Of a stretch of DNA of 62,424 bases, positions 18,646-28,810 are shown piece after piece (position 1 is the stretch's first letter; each line of letters opens with the position of its first letter). The stretch spans positions 1-62,424 of the IMG/VR virus record IMGVR_UViG_3300011918_000036. One strand, given 5' to 3'. Below the pieces are notes generated by a model. The model had not been told where the DNA came from and searched no databases. It was given only the letters and a program-made list of their open reading frames with translations. The translations under genes were made by a program, and so were the position numbers. The DNA is from a virus. Lineage: Duplodnaviria > Caudoviricetes.

Positions 18646-19197
18646 ATGACCGATCGACTCTCAATTCGGGCCTATGCGCGCCACCGAGGGGTGTCCGATA
18701 CGGCGGTGCGCAAGGCCATTGAGGCCGGGCGGATCACCCCCAACGCAGACGGCACGATCAATGCGGCGCTGGCCGACGCTCAATGGAGCAAAAACACAGA
18801 TGCCGCGCAGCAACGCGGTAAACACAAGCCCGTCTCCAATGAGGCGATTGCGGGAATACGGGAAACGCTGGGTGAATCTGCGGGCTCGTTTGAACCCAAA
18901 GGCGGTGGCACCACGTTGCTGCAGGCGAAGACCGCCAATGAGGTGCTCAAGGCGCAGACCAACCGGGTGCGACTGGCCCGCCTAAAAGGGGAGCTTGTCA
19001 ACCGTGACCAAGCCGTCGCACACGTTTTCAAGATGGCGCGGGCCGAGCGCGATGCTTGGTTGAACTGGCCAGCGCGTGTGGCTGCCCAGATGGCGGCTGA
19101 CCTCAATGCCGATGGGCATACCTTGCATGTGCTGTTGGAAAAAGCCGTGCGCAATCACTTGATCGAACTAGGCGATTTGGCTGTTCGGTTGGACTGA
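18646..19197 (+). CDS. Terminase small subunit (Nu1-like)
   Basis: N-terminal HTH (SIRAYARHRGVSDTAVRKAI), coiled coil, directly upstream of TerL. Confidence 0.75.
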   Translation: MTDRLSIRAYARHRGVSDTAVRKAIEAGRITPNADGTINAALADAQWSKNTDAAQQRGKHKPVSNEAIAGIRETLGESAGSFEPKGGGTTLLQAKTANEVLKAQTNRVRLARLKGELVNRDQAVAHVFKMARAERDAWLNWPARVAAQMAADLNADGHTLHVLLEKAVRNHLIELGDLAVRLD

Positions 19198-19236
19198 GCC
19201 CTACTGTGGGCTTGAGGTTTTACGGAATGCAGGGAT

Positions 19237-21177
19237 GTGTTGGAACACTATGACGGATTTGATGCCATTGCTGAGGCGTGGCGCGAGGGGCTCACCCCCG
19301 ACCCACTGCTGACTGTGTCTGAATGGGCCGACCAGTACCGAGTGCTCTCGGGGAAGTCGGCCTCGGAGCCGGGCAAGTGGCGAACCAATCGCACGCCGTA
19401 TCTCAAGGAGATCATGGACTTCCTCTCCCCGACGTCTCCCATCGAGCGTGTGGTGTTCATGAAGGGTGCACAGGTCGGTGGCACTGAGTGCGGCAACAAC
19501 TGGATTGGTTATGTGATCCATCTGGCCCCTGGCCCCATGATGGCTGTTGCGCCGACGGTCGAGATGGCCAAGCGCAACTCCAAGCAGCGGATTGATCCCC
19601 TTATTGAAGAAAGTCCGACACTGTCGGGTTTGATTGCACCTGCACGGGCACGTGATTCAGGCAACACCATCCTGGGCAAAGAGTTCCGTGGTGGCGTGCT
19701 GGTGATGACGGGCGCAAACAGCGCCGTTGGCCTGCGCTCCATGCCGGTGCGCTATTTGTTTTTGGATGAGGTCGATGGCTACCCAGGAGACGTTGAGGGA
19801 GAAGGCGATGCGATTGCACTGGCTGAGGCTCGAACCCGAACCTTTGCACGCAGAAAAATATTCATTGTCTCGACGCCAACAATTTCTGGATCGTCACGCA
19901 TCGAACGCGAGTACGAGCAAACGGACCAGCGACAGTTCATGGTCCCTTGCCCGCATTGCGAGCACGAGCAAGTCCTGATCTTCGAACAACTGATCTGGGA
20001 AAAAGGTCTGCCCGAGACAGCGCACTACAGGTGTGAGTCGTGTGAGCAGCCCATCTACGAATACCAAAAGACTGAAATGCTGGAGCGGGGTCGATGGCAG
20101 TCGTCGATTCCTGATTACGTGGGAAAGACGGTGGGGTTTCACCTCTCCAGTCTGTACAGCCCAGTTGGTTGGCGCAGTTGGGCCGACATCGCTGCAGCAT
20201 GGGAAGCAGCACAAGGATCTGCAACTGCCTTGAAAGCATTTAAAAACACAGAGCTGGGCGAGACCTGGGTCGAGCAAGGTGAAACCCCCGAGTGGGAGCG
20301 CTTGCTCGAGCGCCGTGAAGACTATCGAATCGGCACTGTGCCAATTGGGGCGGCTTTGCTTTGCGCTGGGGTGGACGTTCAGAAGGACCGCATTGAGGTC
20401 TCGGTCTGGGCATTCGGTCGGGGCAAAGAGGCCTGGCTGGTGGAGCATCGTGTGCTCGCTGGCGACACCTCCCGCGATACGGTCTGGCAACGACTGCGTG
20501 AAATGATCGATGAGTCCTGGACACATGCGTCGGGGGTGCAGTTGCGCCTGAGTCGCATCGGCCTGGACACAGGATATGCCACACAAGAGGCCTATGCCTT
20601 CGTGCGCAAGTTACGTGACTCCCGGCTGCTGCCAATGAAAGGCGTGGCTCGTGGTGCTGCGCTGGTTGGATTGCCGACCGCTGTGGACCTGACCGTGGGC
20701 GGCAAGAAGCTGCGCCGGGGTGTTCGGGTCTATTCGGTGGTGGGTGGCATTGCCAAGCTGGAGTTCTATAACCACCTGCGCAAGACCATGGAAGTGACCG
20801 AGGACGGCGAAATTCTCTATCCAGCTGGATACATCCATTTACCCAAGGTCGATGCCGAATTCGTGCAGCAGTTGTGCTCTGAGCAGTTGGTCACGCGTCG
20901 GGATCGCAATGGCTATCCGGTGCGCGAGTGGCAAAAGATTCGGGAGCGCAACGAAGCGCTTGATTGCTACGTCTATGCGCGGGCGGCTGCCAGCCTGGCT
21001 GGTCTTGACCGGTATGAGGAGCGTCACTGGCGCGAATTGGAAAAACCGTTAGGCGTGGCAGGACCACCTGAAGACGCCCAATCAACCAAGCAAGAAGCCA
21101 CCCTCAGCGGTGGCTTCGTTGTTTCTAAAGGACCACAACGCGGCAGGCGCTTGATTCGCAGCCGGTGGATGAACTGA
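19237..21177 (+). CDS. Terminase large subunit, lambda GpA family
   Basis: RTPYLKEIMD, KGAQVGGTE, LFLDEVD, VSTPT, CPHC, GVDVQ, NEALDC. Confidence 0.95.
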   Translation: MLEHYDGFDAIAEAWREGLTPDPLLTVSEWADQYRVLSGKSASEPGKWRTNRTPYLKEIMDFLSPTSPIERVVFMKGAQVGGTECGNNWIGYVIHLAPGPMMAVAPTVEMAKRNSKQRIDPLIEESPTLSGLIAPARARDSGNTILGKEFRGGVLVMTGANSAVGLRSMPVRYLFLDEVDGYPGDVEGEGDAIALAEARTRTFARRKIFIVSTPTISGSSRIEREYEQTDQRQFMVPCPHCEHEQVLIFEQLIWEKGLPETAHYRCESCEQPIYEYQKTEMLERGRWQSSIPDYVGKTVGFHLSSLYSPVGWRSWADIAAAWEAAQGSATALKAFKNTELGETWVEQGETPEWERLLERREDYRIGTVPIGAALLCAGVDVQKDRIEVSVWAFGRGKEAWLVEHRVLAGDTSRDTVWQRLREMIDESWTHASGVQLRLSRIGLDTGYATQEAYAFVRKLRDSRLLPMKGVARGAALVGLPTAVDLTVGGKKLRRGVRVYSVVGGIAKLEFYNHLRKTMEVTEDGEILYPAGYIHLPKVDAEFVQQLCSEQLVTRRDRNGYPVREWQKIRERNEALDCYVYARAAASLAGLDRYEERHWRELEKPLGVAGPPEDAQSTKQEATLSGGFVVSKGPQRGRRLIRSRWMN

Positions 21178-21386
21178 TGACGACCTATACCCTTGAACAT
21201 GCCCAAGCACTGCGAGAGGCCATTGCCAGTGGTGAGCATCGGGTGACCTACGACGGCAAGACCATCGAGTACCGCACGGTCTCCGATCTCAAGCTGGCCT
21301 TGGCCGAAGTGGAGGCGGCGCTCGCCTCAGACAGCGGAAAAACCAAGACTCGTCAGATCAGGATCACTACATCCAAGGGGTTCTGA
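21177..21386 (+). CDS. gpW-like head-tail joining protein
   Basis: Small ORF between TerL and portal; VTYDGKTIEYRTVSDL. Confidence 0.8.
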   Translation: MTTYTLEHAQALREAIASGEHRVTYDGKTIEYRTVSDLKLALAEVEAALASDSGKTKTRQIRITTSKGF

Positions 21387-21387
21387 G

Positions 21388-22890
21388 ATGGCCTTTTGGA
21401 AAAAACTCACAGCCTATGTGGGCTGGAATTCCGTTCACGAGGTCGCAGGCTCAGGCCGCAGATCTCGTGTCTGGAATCCTGGTGACCCGGGGGCGGTCTC
21501 GGCGATGCTGGCCACGGGCAATCAACTGCGGGTCAAGTCTCGGGACCTGGTGCGCCGAAACGCTTGGGCGGCTAACGCGGTCGACAGCTTTGTCTCGAAC
21601 GCAATTGGCACTGGAATCAAGCCGCAATCCTTGGTGGATGACCCCAAGTTTCGGGAGCGAATTCACGCGTTGTGGTGGCAGTGGGTGGAGGAGGCAGACA
21701 GCAACAACCTCACCGATTTTTACGGCCTGCAGTCACTAGCCTGCCGTGCCATGGTCGAGGGCGGCGAATGCCTGATTCGTATCCGCAATCGGCGACAAGA
21801 GGATGGCCTGAGCGTGCCGATCCAGTTGCAAATTCTGGAGCCCGAGCACCTGCCTTTAAGCCTGAACACTCTCAGTGCATCGGGTAACCCAATTCGTAGC
21901 GGCATCGAGTTTGATGCCCTTGGACGTCGGGTGGCCTATCACCTTTACCGCGAGCATCCGGGTGACCCGAGTTTGACGGTCAATGGCAACGACCTGGTAC
22001 CTGTTCCTGCTGAGGAGATCGTTCACCTGTTTCGACCACTGCGGCCAGGTCAGATTCGTGGCGAGCCCTGGCTGTCGCGGGCATTGGTCAAGCTCAACGA
22101 ACTCGATCAATACGATGACGCTGAGCTGGTTCGCAAAAAGACTGCGGCCATGTTCGCTGGCTTCATCACGCGCCAGTCGCCAGAAGACCAACTGCTGGGA
22201 GAGGGCGAAGCGGATGAGCTGGGCGTAGCGATGGCGGGTTTGGAGCCGGGAACATTGCAAGTCCTGGAGCCGGGTGAGGACGTGAAGTTTTCTGATCCAG
22301 CGGATGTTGGTGGTTCCTACGCGGAGTTCCTGCGGGTGCAGTTCCGTGCAGTCGCTGTAGCCATGGGCATCACCTATGAGCAGTTGACCGGCGATCTGTC
22401 GGGCGTGAACTACTCGTCGATTCGTGCAGGGCTCCTGGAATTCCGTCGCCGATGTGAAGCCATCCAGCATGGCGTGATCGTGCATCAGATGTGTCGCCCG
22501 ATTTGGCGTGCATGGATGGATGCGGCAGTGCTCAGTGGTGCCCTGGCTGCGCCGGGATATGCCAAAAGCCGTCAAGCCGCCCGAGCATGGCAAGCGGCGA
22601 AGTGGATTCCCCAAGGCTGGCAGTGGGTGGATCCTGAAAAGGAATTCAAAGCCCTGCAGTTGGCCATTCGATCCGGATTGATGAGCCGCTCCGAAGCGAT
22701 CTCTTCATTTGGCTACGACGCCGAAACGATCGACAAAGAGATCGCAGCGGACAACGCGAGAGCCGATGCGTTGGGGCTCGTATTGGATACGGACCCCAGG
22801 CAAGTAGCTCGCAATGGTGCGACCAACTCGGCAGCACCCTCTCTCCCTCCTGACTCACCAAGCGCGCCCTTGGTGGATCAGCAAACCTGA
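21388..22890 (+). CDS. Portal protein, lambda family
   Basis: SRDLVRRN, GQIRGEP, YEQLTGDLSGVNYSSIRAG, WVDPEKE. Confidence 0.95.
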   Translation: MAFWKKLTAYVGWNSVHEVAGSGRRSRVWNPGDPGAVSAMLATGNQLRVKSRDLVRRNAWAANAVDSFVSNAIGTGIKPQSLVDDPKFRERIHALWWQWVEEADSNNLTDFYGLQSLACRAMVEGGECLIRIRNRRQEDGLSVPIQLQILEPEHLPLSLNTLSASGNPIRSGIEFDALGRRVAYHLYREHPGDPSLTVNGNDLVPVPAEEIVHLFRPLRPGQIRGEPWLSRALVKLNELDQYDDAELVRKKTAAMFAGFITRQSPEDQLLGEGEADELGVAMAGLEPGTLQVLEPGEDVKFSDPADVGGSYAEFLRVQFRAVAVAMGITYEQLTGDLSGVNYSSIRAGLLEFRRRCEAIQHGVIVHQMCRPIWRAWMDAAVLSGALAAPGYAKSRQAARAWQAAKWIPQGWQWVDPEKEFKALQLAIRSGLMSRSEAISSFGYDAETIDKEIAADNARADALGLVLDTDPRQVARNGATNSAAPSLPPDSPSAPLVDQQT

Positions 22891-22903
22891 AACCAGAGGA
22901 CTT

Positions 22904-24310
22904 ATGAACCACATCTCGTCGATGCCACATTTGGCATCGCGAATCTTTGGCACGCCCCTGCTGATTCACCCCAGAAAGTTGGATGTGATTCTCTCGGTGC
23001 TTGGCCCCCGTTTGGGATTGGCCATGTCAGACGATTCGCAAGCACTCATCAAGCACTTGGCTGCGCAAGCCCCGCCTGTTAATTCCACAGCACTGACATC
23101 AAACATCGCTGTCATCAGTGTGTCCGGAACATTGGTACGTCGAGCGGCAGCAGTCGATGCGGCCTCGGGCCTGACCAGCTACACGGCCATCAGTGCGCAG
23201 CTTGCGCAGGCCGTGCGTGACCCTGCTATCAACGCGATTTTGCTGGACATCGATTCACCCGGCGGTGAAGCCGGTGGGGCTTTTGATCTGGCGGATCAGA
23301 TCATGGCGGCTCGGCAAATCAAGCCCATCTGGGCAGTTGCCAACGACGATGCGTTCTCGGCTGCATATGCCATAGCCAGTGCGGCCAGCCGGGTCTACGT
23401 CACCCGGACCGGCGGTGTGGGTTCTGTTGGAGTTATCGCGTTGCACGTGGATCAGTCGCAGCGGGACGCCATGAGCGGGCTTCGCTACACAGCGGTGTAC
23501 GCCGGGGACCGCAAGAACGATATGTCTCCCCATGCGCCGCTGTCCACCGATGCGGCGCAGGCCCTACAGGCCGAAGTGGACCGGCTGTATGGCCTGTTCG
23601 TGTCGACGGTCGCAGCCAACCGAAACCTTTCTGAACAAGACGTTCAAGACACCGAAGCAGGGCTGTATTTCGCGCAAGACGCGATTGATGCCGGTCTAGC
23701 CGATGTGGTCGGGACGCTTGACGACGCACTGCTCGCTCTGAGTGAAGAGCTCCACACGCAATCGACATCCATCGCGCGAATTCAAGGTTCGGGCCGCGAG
23801 ATGGGGATCTCTACGCCCGGATCGTCCATGAAAAGGAGTGTTTGCATGCAAAACGATGCAACCCAAGCTGCCGATGGGCAGACAACCCAAGAAGATCAAC
23901 GTCAATCTCAACTAGCCAATCAGCTGAGTGCTGGATCTGAGCCTGCCCAAGGCAACGATACCTCGCAAGACGCAGGGGGCGAAACCGGTGCGCAGGTGCA
24001 AGCAAGTGCCGCCATCCAAGGCCATGACATCAGGGCAGCCAGTGCTCAGGTGCTGGCCATTGCTGAGATGTGTCTTCTGGCTGGGAAGTCCGAGATGACA
24101 GCGGGCCTGATTGAGCGCGGTGTTTCGGTTGACCAGGCGCGCAAGGAGCTTCTGGCGGCCAAGGCCTCTGGATCCCCCGAAATCTCCAGTCGCATCTTGC
24201 CCGAGGCAGGAACACAAGCCCAAACCAAGCCCGAAGACAGCCCTGTCGTTCGAGCAGCGAAGCAGCGCGCTCAAAGCCAGCGTGACGCAGCGCAACTCAA
24301 CCACCGTTAA
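22904..24310 (+). CDS. S49 head maturation protease (gpC-like) with scaffold C-terminus
   Basis: LLDIDSPGGE, AFSAAYAIASAA, GSVGV. Confidence 0.92.
   Translation: MNHISSMPHLASRIFGTPLLIHPRKLDVILSVLGPRLGLAMSDDSQALIKHLAAQAPPVNSTALTSNIAVISVSGTLVRRAAAVDAASGLTSYTAISAQLAQAVRDPAINAILLDIDSPGGEAGGAFDLADQIMAARQIKPIWAVANDDAFSAAYAIASAASRVYVTRTGGVGSVGVIALHVDQSQRDAMSGLRYTAVYAGDRKNDMSPHAPLSTDAAQALQAEVDRLYGLFVSTVAANRNLSEQDVQDTEAGLYFAQDAIDAGLADVVGTLDDALLALSEELHTQSTSIARIQGSGREMGISTPGSSMKRSVCMQNDATQAADGQTTQEDQRQSQLANQLSAGSEPAQGNDTSQDAGGETGAQVQASAAIQGHDIRAASAQVLAIAEMCLLAGKSEMTAGLIERGVSVDQARKELLAAKASGSPEISSRILPEAGTQAQTKPEDSPVVRAAKQRAQSQRDAAQLNHR
23846..24310 (+). CDS. Nested in-frame scaffold protein (Nu3-like)
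   Basis: Internal AAAAGGAG at 23831-23838, 7 nt before in-frame ATG 23846. Confidence 0.6.
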   Translation: MQNDATQAADGQTTQEDQRQSQLANQLSAGSEPAQGNDTSQDAGGETGAQVQASAAIQGHDIRAASAQVLAIAEMCLLAGKSEMTAGLIERGVSVDQARKELLAAKASGSPEISSRILPEAGTQAQTKPEDSPVVRAAKQRAQSQRDAAQLNHR

Positions 24311-24322
24311 TAGGAGAACCTG

Positions 24323-24700
24323 ATGACTGCAATTACCAACGACCTCACCTTGGGCGACGTGCTCAAGTACGAGGAAGAAAACCTCTACTCCCGCGACCAG
24401 GTCACGGTGGTGTCCGGGCAGAACTTGAAGCTCGGGACCGTGATTGGCCGAGTGAGTGCGACGCAAAAAGTCAAAGCCCTCGACCCTTCTGCGACCGATG
24501 GTTCAGAAGTCGCCGCTGGCGTGGTGCTGCAAAGCATCGATGCCAGTGCCGCAGAAAAAAACAACGGCCTGATTGTTTCGCGTCAAGCCATCGTGGCCGA
24601 TCACGCGCTGATCTGGCCCGCTGCCATCACCACGGAAGAAAAAACCGCAGCTATCGCTCAACTCGAAGCGATCGGCATCCTCGTTCGTCAAGGAGTCTAA
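24323..24700 (+). CDS. Head decoration protein (gpD-like)
   Basis: Between protease and capsid; LGTVIG..DGSEVAAGV. Confidence 0.85.
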   Translation: MTAITNDLTLGDVLKYEEENLYSRDQVTVVSGQNLKLGTVIGRVSATQKVKALDPSATDGSEVAAGVVLQSIDASAAEKNNGLIVSRQAIVADHALIWPAAITTEEKTAAIAQLEAIGILVRQGV

Positions 24701-24703
24701 GCA

Positions 24704-25708
24704 ATGAACAACCCTTTCCAGTCCCCTGCGTTTTCGATGACGGCGCTTACTGCTGCCATCAATATCCTGCCCAACCAATTCGGCAAACTCGATCAGCTCA
24801 ACTTGATGCCTGCTCGCCCTGTGCGCTTTCGTCAGATTGCGGTGGAAGAGCGAAACGGCGTTCTGAACCTGCTGCCCACGCTGCCCGTAGGTGCGCCTGG
24901 AACGGTGGGAAAGCGCGGTCGCCGAACTCTGCGCTCGTTCATCATCCCGCATATTCCGCACGACGATGTGGTGCTGCCAGAAGAGGTTCAAGGCCTGCGC
25001 GCCTTTGGCTCTGAGACCGACACCGAAACCATCGCAAACGTGATGACCGAGCATCTGCAGTCGATGCGCAACAAGCACGCCATCACGCTAGAGCATTTGC
25101 GCATGGGCGCACTCAAGGGCGTGATTCTGGATGCTGACGGCTCGGTCCTCTACAACCTCTTCGATGAGTTCGGTATTGAGCCCAAGGAATTCAACTTCGC
25201 GCTCAACAACGAAAAAACCGATATCAAGAAAAAGTGCCTGGACCTCAAGCGCTACCTTGAACTCAACCTCAAGGGCGAGTACATGACTGGCGTTCGCGTA
25301 CTGGTCTCGCCGGAGTTCTTCGATCTGCTGACGGCCCACCCCAATGTGGTCAAGGCGTATCAGTGGTACCAGGAGAGCCTGGCGCTGCGTGCAGACCAAC
25401 GCACAGGCTTTACCTTTGCGGGCGTCACCTTCGAGGAGTATCTTGGGCAGGCCTCTGATGTAGATGGCAATGTGCGCAAGTTCATCGCTTCTGGAGAAGG
25501 TCATGCCTTCCCCGAGGGCACCTTGGACACTTTTGCCACGTACTTTGCACCGGCTGACTTCAATGAGACGGTCAATACGCTGGGGCAGCCCCTGTACGCC
25601 AAGCAAGAACCTCGAGAATTTGGTCGCGGCACGGATCTGCATACGCAGAGCAATCCGTTGCCGATGTGCCATCGCCCGGGGCTCTTGGTCAAACTTTTGG
25701 CCAGCTGA
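24704..25708 (+). CDS. Major capsid protein (gpE-like)
   Basis: 334 aa; EHLRMGALKG, QSNPLPMCHRP; position in the head operon. Confidence 0.9.
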   Translation: MNNPFQSPAFSMTALTAAINILPNQFGKLDQLNLMPARPVRFRQIAVEERNGVLNLLPTLPVGAPGTVGKRGRRTLRSFIIPHIPHDDVVLPEEVQGLRAFGSETDTETIANVMTEHLQSMRNKHAITLEHLRMGALKGVILDADGSVLYNLFDEFGIEPKEFNFALNNEKTDIKKKCLDLKRYLELNLKGEYMTGVRVLVSPEFFDLLTAHPNVVKAYQWYQESLALRADQRTGFTFAGVTFEEYLGQASDVDGNVRKFIASGEGHAFPEGTLDTFATYFAPADFNETVNTLGQPLYAKQEPREFGRGTDLHTQSNPLPMCHRPGLLVKLLAS

Positions 25709-26043
25709 TGTCCCGCGATCCGTTTGCACTGGGTGTCAAACGGCTGTTCGCAAGTTTGGGATCCCCGGCGCAGTACAGCACTGTGACCGGGGAGACCATC
25801 GAGCTCAAGGTCATCAGTAAGGCACCGGATTCGGTACAAGAGTTTGGCCAGTCGCACCTTGCGGTGACCTCGAATCGGTTTGACTTGCAAGCGGCAGATA
25901 TCACCCGACCTCAAGAGGGCGATCGTCTGACGTGGCGGGGTGTCATCTATGTCATTCAAGGCGATGCGCTTGTCGATCGTGATCGCTTGATCTGGACTGT
26001 GAGTGCCTATCCCTTGCCTGACTATTCCCCGACGGCGAGCTGA
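25708..26043 (+). CDS. Head-tail joining protein (FII-like)
   Basis: Position and RPQEGDRL motif. Confidence 0.7.
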   Translation: MSRDPFALGVKRLFASLGSPAQYSTVTGETIELKVISKAPDSVQEFGQSHLAVTSNRFDLQAADITRPQEGDRLTWRGVIYVIQGDALVDRDRLIWTVSAYPLPDYSPTAS

Positions 26044-26045
26044 GC

Positions 26046-26705
26046 ATGAGCGTTCGACTTCTGGCTGCTCTTCAGGGCGACCTCTCCAAGATGATGGAGC
26101 AGGAATTGACCTCGGCGCGGATGGCGGTGACCACCGGCGTTAGAGAGGCGACACAAGGGCTCAAGAGTGAGTTGCGCTCGCAAATCGAAGGGTCTGGCCT
26201 GGGCTCGCGCCTGGCCAATACATGGCGGGGGGAGGTGTACCCGAAGGGACGCCCCAGTCTCGGATCGGCAGGGCTTGTTTACAGCCGCGCTCCTGTTGTC
26301 GTCGCGGCGCATGACCAAGGCGCGTTGATACGTTCTAAGAACGGGTTCTGGCTCGCCATCCCGCTCCCTGCGGCAGGCAATGGGCCTCGCGGCAAACGAA
26401 TGACGCCAGGCCTTTGGGAGCGCATGCGTGGTCAACGACTGCGCTTTGTCTATCGCTCTGGAAAACCGTCACTGCTGGTGGCGGACAACTTTCGAGCCAA
26501 AACAGGCAAACGCGGCGGCTTTGCGGCGGCATCTGCCTCCGCTCAGAAATCAGGACGGGGGCTCACCACAGTCCCCATTTTTTTGCTGGTGCCGCAAGCC
26601 CAACTCAAGAAGAAATTCGACATCGCCAGTGCCGCTCAACGGTGGCAAGACCGGCTGATGGTGTTGGTCACGCAGTCGTGGCCAGAAGAACGCTCGGACA
26701 AATGA
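26046..26705 (+). CDS. DUF6441-like neck/tail completion protein
   Basis: Basic protein in the neck region. Confidence 0.65.
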   Translation: MSVRLLAALQGDLSKMMEQELTSARMAVTTGVREATQGLKSELRSQIEGSGLGSRLANTWRGEVYPKGRPSLGSAGLVYSRAPVVVAAHDQGALIRSKNGFWLAIPLPAAGNGPRGKRMTPGLWERMRGQRLRFVYRSGKPSLLVADNFRAKTGKRGGFAAASASAQKSGRGLTTVPIFLLVPQAQLKKKFDIASAAQRWQDRLMVLVTQSWPEERSDK

Positions 26706-26706
26706 A

Positions 26707-27153
26707 ATGACGACGAAAGCAAGCCAACGAGAAGCGGCACTGGGGGCCTTGTTCACGCTGTTGGACGGACTTCCCTTGCAGCCCAATGCCATACGCAGAA
26801 ATTCATCCTTGCCTGAGCGGCTCAGTGAACACGCGATGGTGTTCCTGCGCGATGGTGACATGACGCAGGTCGATGTCACCTTGTCGCCTGTGACCTACCT
26901 TTGGGAGCACGCTGCAAGCATCGAAATCTATGTCGCGCATCCCGAAGCATCTGCCAGAGACGCACGCATGGACGAGCTGCTTCAGGCGCTTGGCACCTTG
27001 ATCTTGGCGGATCCGACTTTGGCTGGACAGATCGACCATGCCGAAGTGATGCCGCCCAAATTTGAAGACGTCACCCCAGATGGGTCTGTGGGCATCAAGG
27101 CCTGCACGCTGGATGTGGTGATGCATTACGCGAGCAGCCATCCCTTGGCCTGA
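26707..27153 (+). CDS. Tail terminator-like protein
   Basis: Position before the tail tube; ADPTLAG motif. Confidence 0.65.
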   Translation: MTTKASQREAALGALFTLLDGLPLQPNAIRRNSSLPERLSEHAMVFLRDGDMTQVDVTLSPVTYLWEHAASIEIYVAHPEASARDARMDELLQALGTLILADPTLAGQIDHAEVMPPKFEDVTPDGSVGIKACTLDVVMHYASSHPLA

Positions 27154-27188
27154 TCGCAACACAAACCTTAACCACTTGGAGATTCACC

Positions 27189-28127
27189 ATGGCTCGTGCT
27201 TATGGCGCGAACGCCAGCCTATTGGCTGCGTTTGAACCCACCTATGGAACTACACCGACTGGAGACTTTGGAAAAATTCCTTTTGTCTCCACCACCTTGG
27301 GCTCAGAACAGGGCTTGATTGCCAACGATCTGATTGGCCTGGGGCGAGACCCGAGTGCGCCCATCCGTGACGTGATCAAGGTCGAGGGTGACATCGTTAT
27401 TCCCATCGATCTTCGCAATATCGGCATGTGGCTCAAAGCCCTGCTGGGAAGTCCTGTGAGCCTTGGAGATACCGCGCACACTCACACTTTTGTATCTGGC
27501 AACTCAGGGCTGCCGAGCCTCTCACTGGAGACGGGACTGCCGGACATTCCGGCGTACTTCCTGGCCTCTGGTGTGATGGCCAACTCGCTGCAAGTGAAAT
27601 TTGCCCGCTCTGGTGCAGCGGACGCCACTTTGGGTTTGATTGCTCAAGGCGAAGTCAAGCGTACTGCCAGCGCAGACGCCACACCCACGACCTTGCCGAT
27701 CACTCGCTTCAACCAGTTCCAGGGTTCGATCAAAAAGAATGGCCAAGCCTTGGGTAACGTGGTCGCAGCGCAGTTGACCTATTCAAACAATCTGGCACGC
27801 ATTGAAACCATTCGCTCCGACGGAAAGATTGAAGGGGCGGACCCCACAGTGGCCAGCTTGACGGGCAACTTGGAGGTTCGCTTCGCAGACACGGAATTGA
27901 TCGATGCTGCGACTAACAACACCCCGCTCGAGTTGACCTTCAGCTATGTCATTGACGCCACCAAGAGCCTGACCTTCATCGCGCATGAGGTCTACCTACC
28001 CAAGCCCAAGCTCTCAATCTCTGGCCCCGGCGGCATCCAGGCCACCTTCGACTGGCAGGCTGCCAAGAACACTGCGGCTGGGCACATGCTGACCGTGCAA
28101 CTCGTCAATGACGTGGTTGCGTACTGA
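27189..28127 (+). CDS. Tail tube (major tail) protein
   Basis: MARAYGANA start, 312 aa beta-rich, upstream of chaperone and tape measure. Confidence 0.85.
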   Translation: MARAYGANASLLAAFEPTYGTTPTGDFGKIPFVSTTLGSEQGLIANDLIGLGRDPSAPIRDVIKVEGDIVIPIDLRNIGMWLKALLGSPVSLGDTAHTHTFVSGNSGLPSLSLETGLPDIPAYFLASGVMANSLQVKFARSGAADATLGLIAQGEVKRTASADATPTTLPITRFNQFQGSIKKNGQALGNVVAAQLTYSNNLARIETIRSDGKIEGADPTVASLTGNLEVRFADTELIDAATNNTPLELTFSYVIDATKSLTFIAHEVYLPKPKLSISGPGGIQATFDWQAAKNTAAGHMLTVQLVNDVVAY

Positions 28128-28142
28128 ATTTAAGAGGCAATC

Positions 28143-28493
28143 ATGCTCAAACTCAATCTGAAACGTGAGCCGTATTGGCTCGACCTGGTCCAAGGCGTGC
28201 GCATCAAGGTCAAACCTGCAACCACTGCACTGGTCATGGCGGCGCGCCATGCTGCAGCCCTCATCGATGGCAAGGACCACGCGGCAGCCGGAGAGCGCAC
28301 TGCAACCTTGATTACCGAGTTGGCCAAGGCTGCCATCTTGGCTTGGGAGGGCGTGGGCGACGACAAAGGCAAAGCCGCAGCCGTCACGCCGGACGGCATC
28401 GCTGCGCTCATGGAGCTTTGGCCTGTGGCCGATGCCTTCGAACGTGAGTACCTGGCAGCGCTCTATCTCTTGGATGCCGAAAAAAACGGCTAA
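28143..28493 (+). CDS. Tail assembly chaperone (gpG-like)
   Basis: Between tube and tape measure; ends GAA AAA AAC GGC TAA. Confidence 0.8.
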   Translation: MLKLNLKREPYWLDLVQGVRIKVKPATTALVMAARHAAALIDGKDHAAAGERTATLITELAKAAILAWEGVGDDKGKAAAVTPDGIAALMELWPVADAFEREYLAALYLLDAEKNG

Positions 28494-28810
28494 AGGCCCG
28501 CACCGAATGGCACTTTGGTGGTGGATCAACGTACTGCGGGGCATGCGAGGCGACCTGTCCTGAGTGTCCGTACCTGGTGAATTCACCTCGGACTGAAGAG
28601 GGCTGGCAAGCCCTCGCAGTTCTGGATGTCTGTTCCTCCCAAGTGCGGGCAGTTCAAGGCGCAGTGCTGGGCATGGACTTCAATGCGTGGCTTTCCGCCA
28701 GCCAGGCACTGGATGCAGACCCCGCTGCCATGACCCATTTTTTTCCTGCCGTAGAGGCGGGCCTGACGCAAGCATTGAACAAACCATCTCCGGATATTCC
28801 ACATGGCTGA
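28487..28810 (+). CDS. gpT-like -1 frameshift extension of the chaperone
   Basis: The -1 frame after slippery A AAA AAC (28481-28487) is open to 28810 and reads RLKARTEWHFGGGSTYCGACEATCPECPY.. Confidence 0.75.
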   Translation, partial: RLKARTEWHFGGGSTYCGACEATCPECPYLVNSPRTEEGWQALAVLDVCSSQVRAVQGAVLGMDFNAWLSASQALDADPAAMTHFFPAVEAGLTQALNKPSPDIPHG

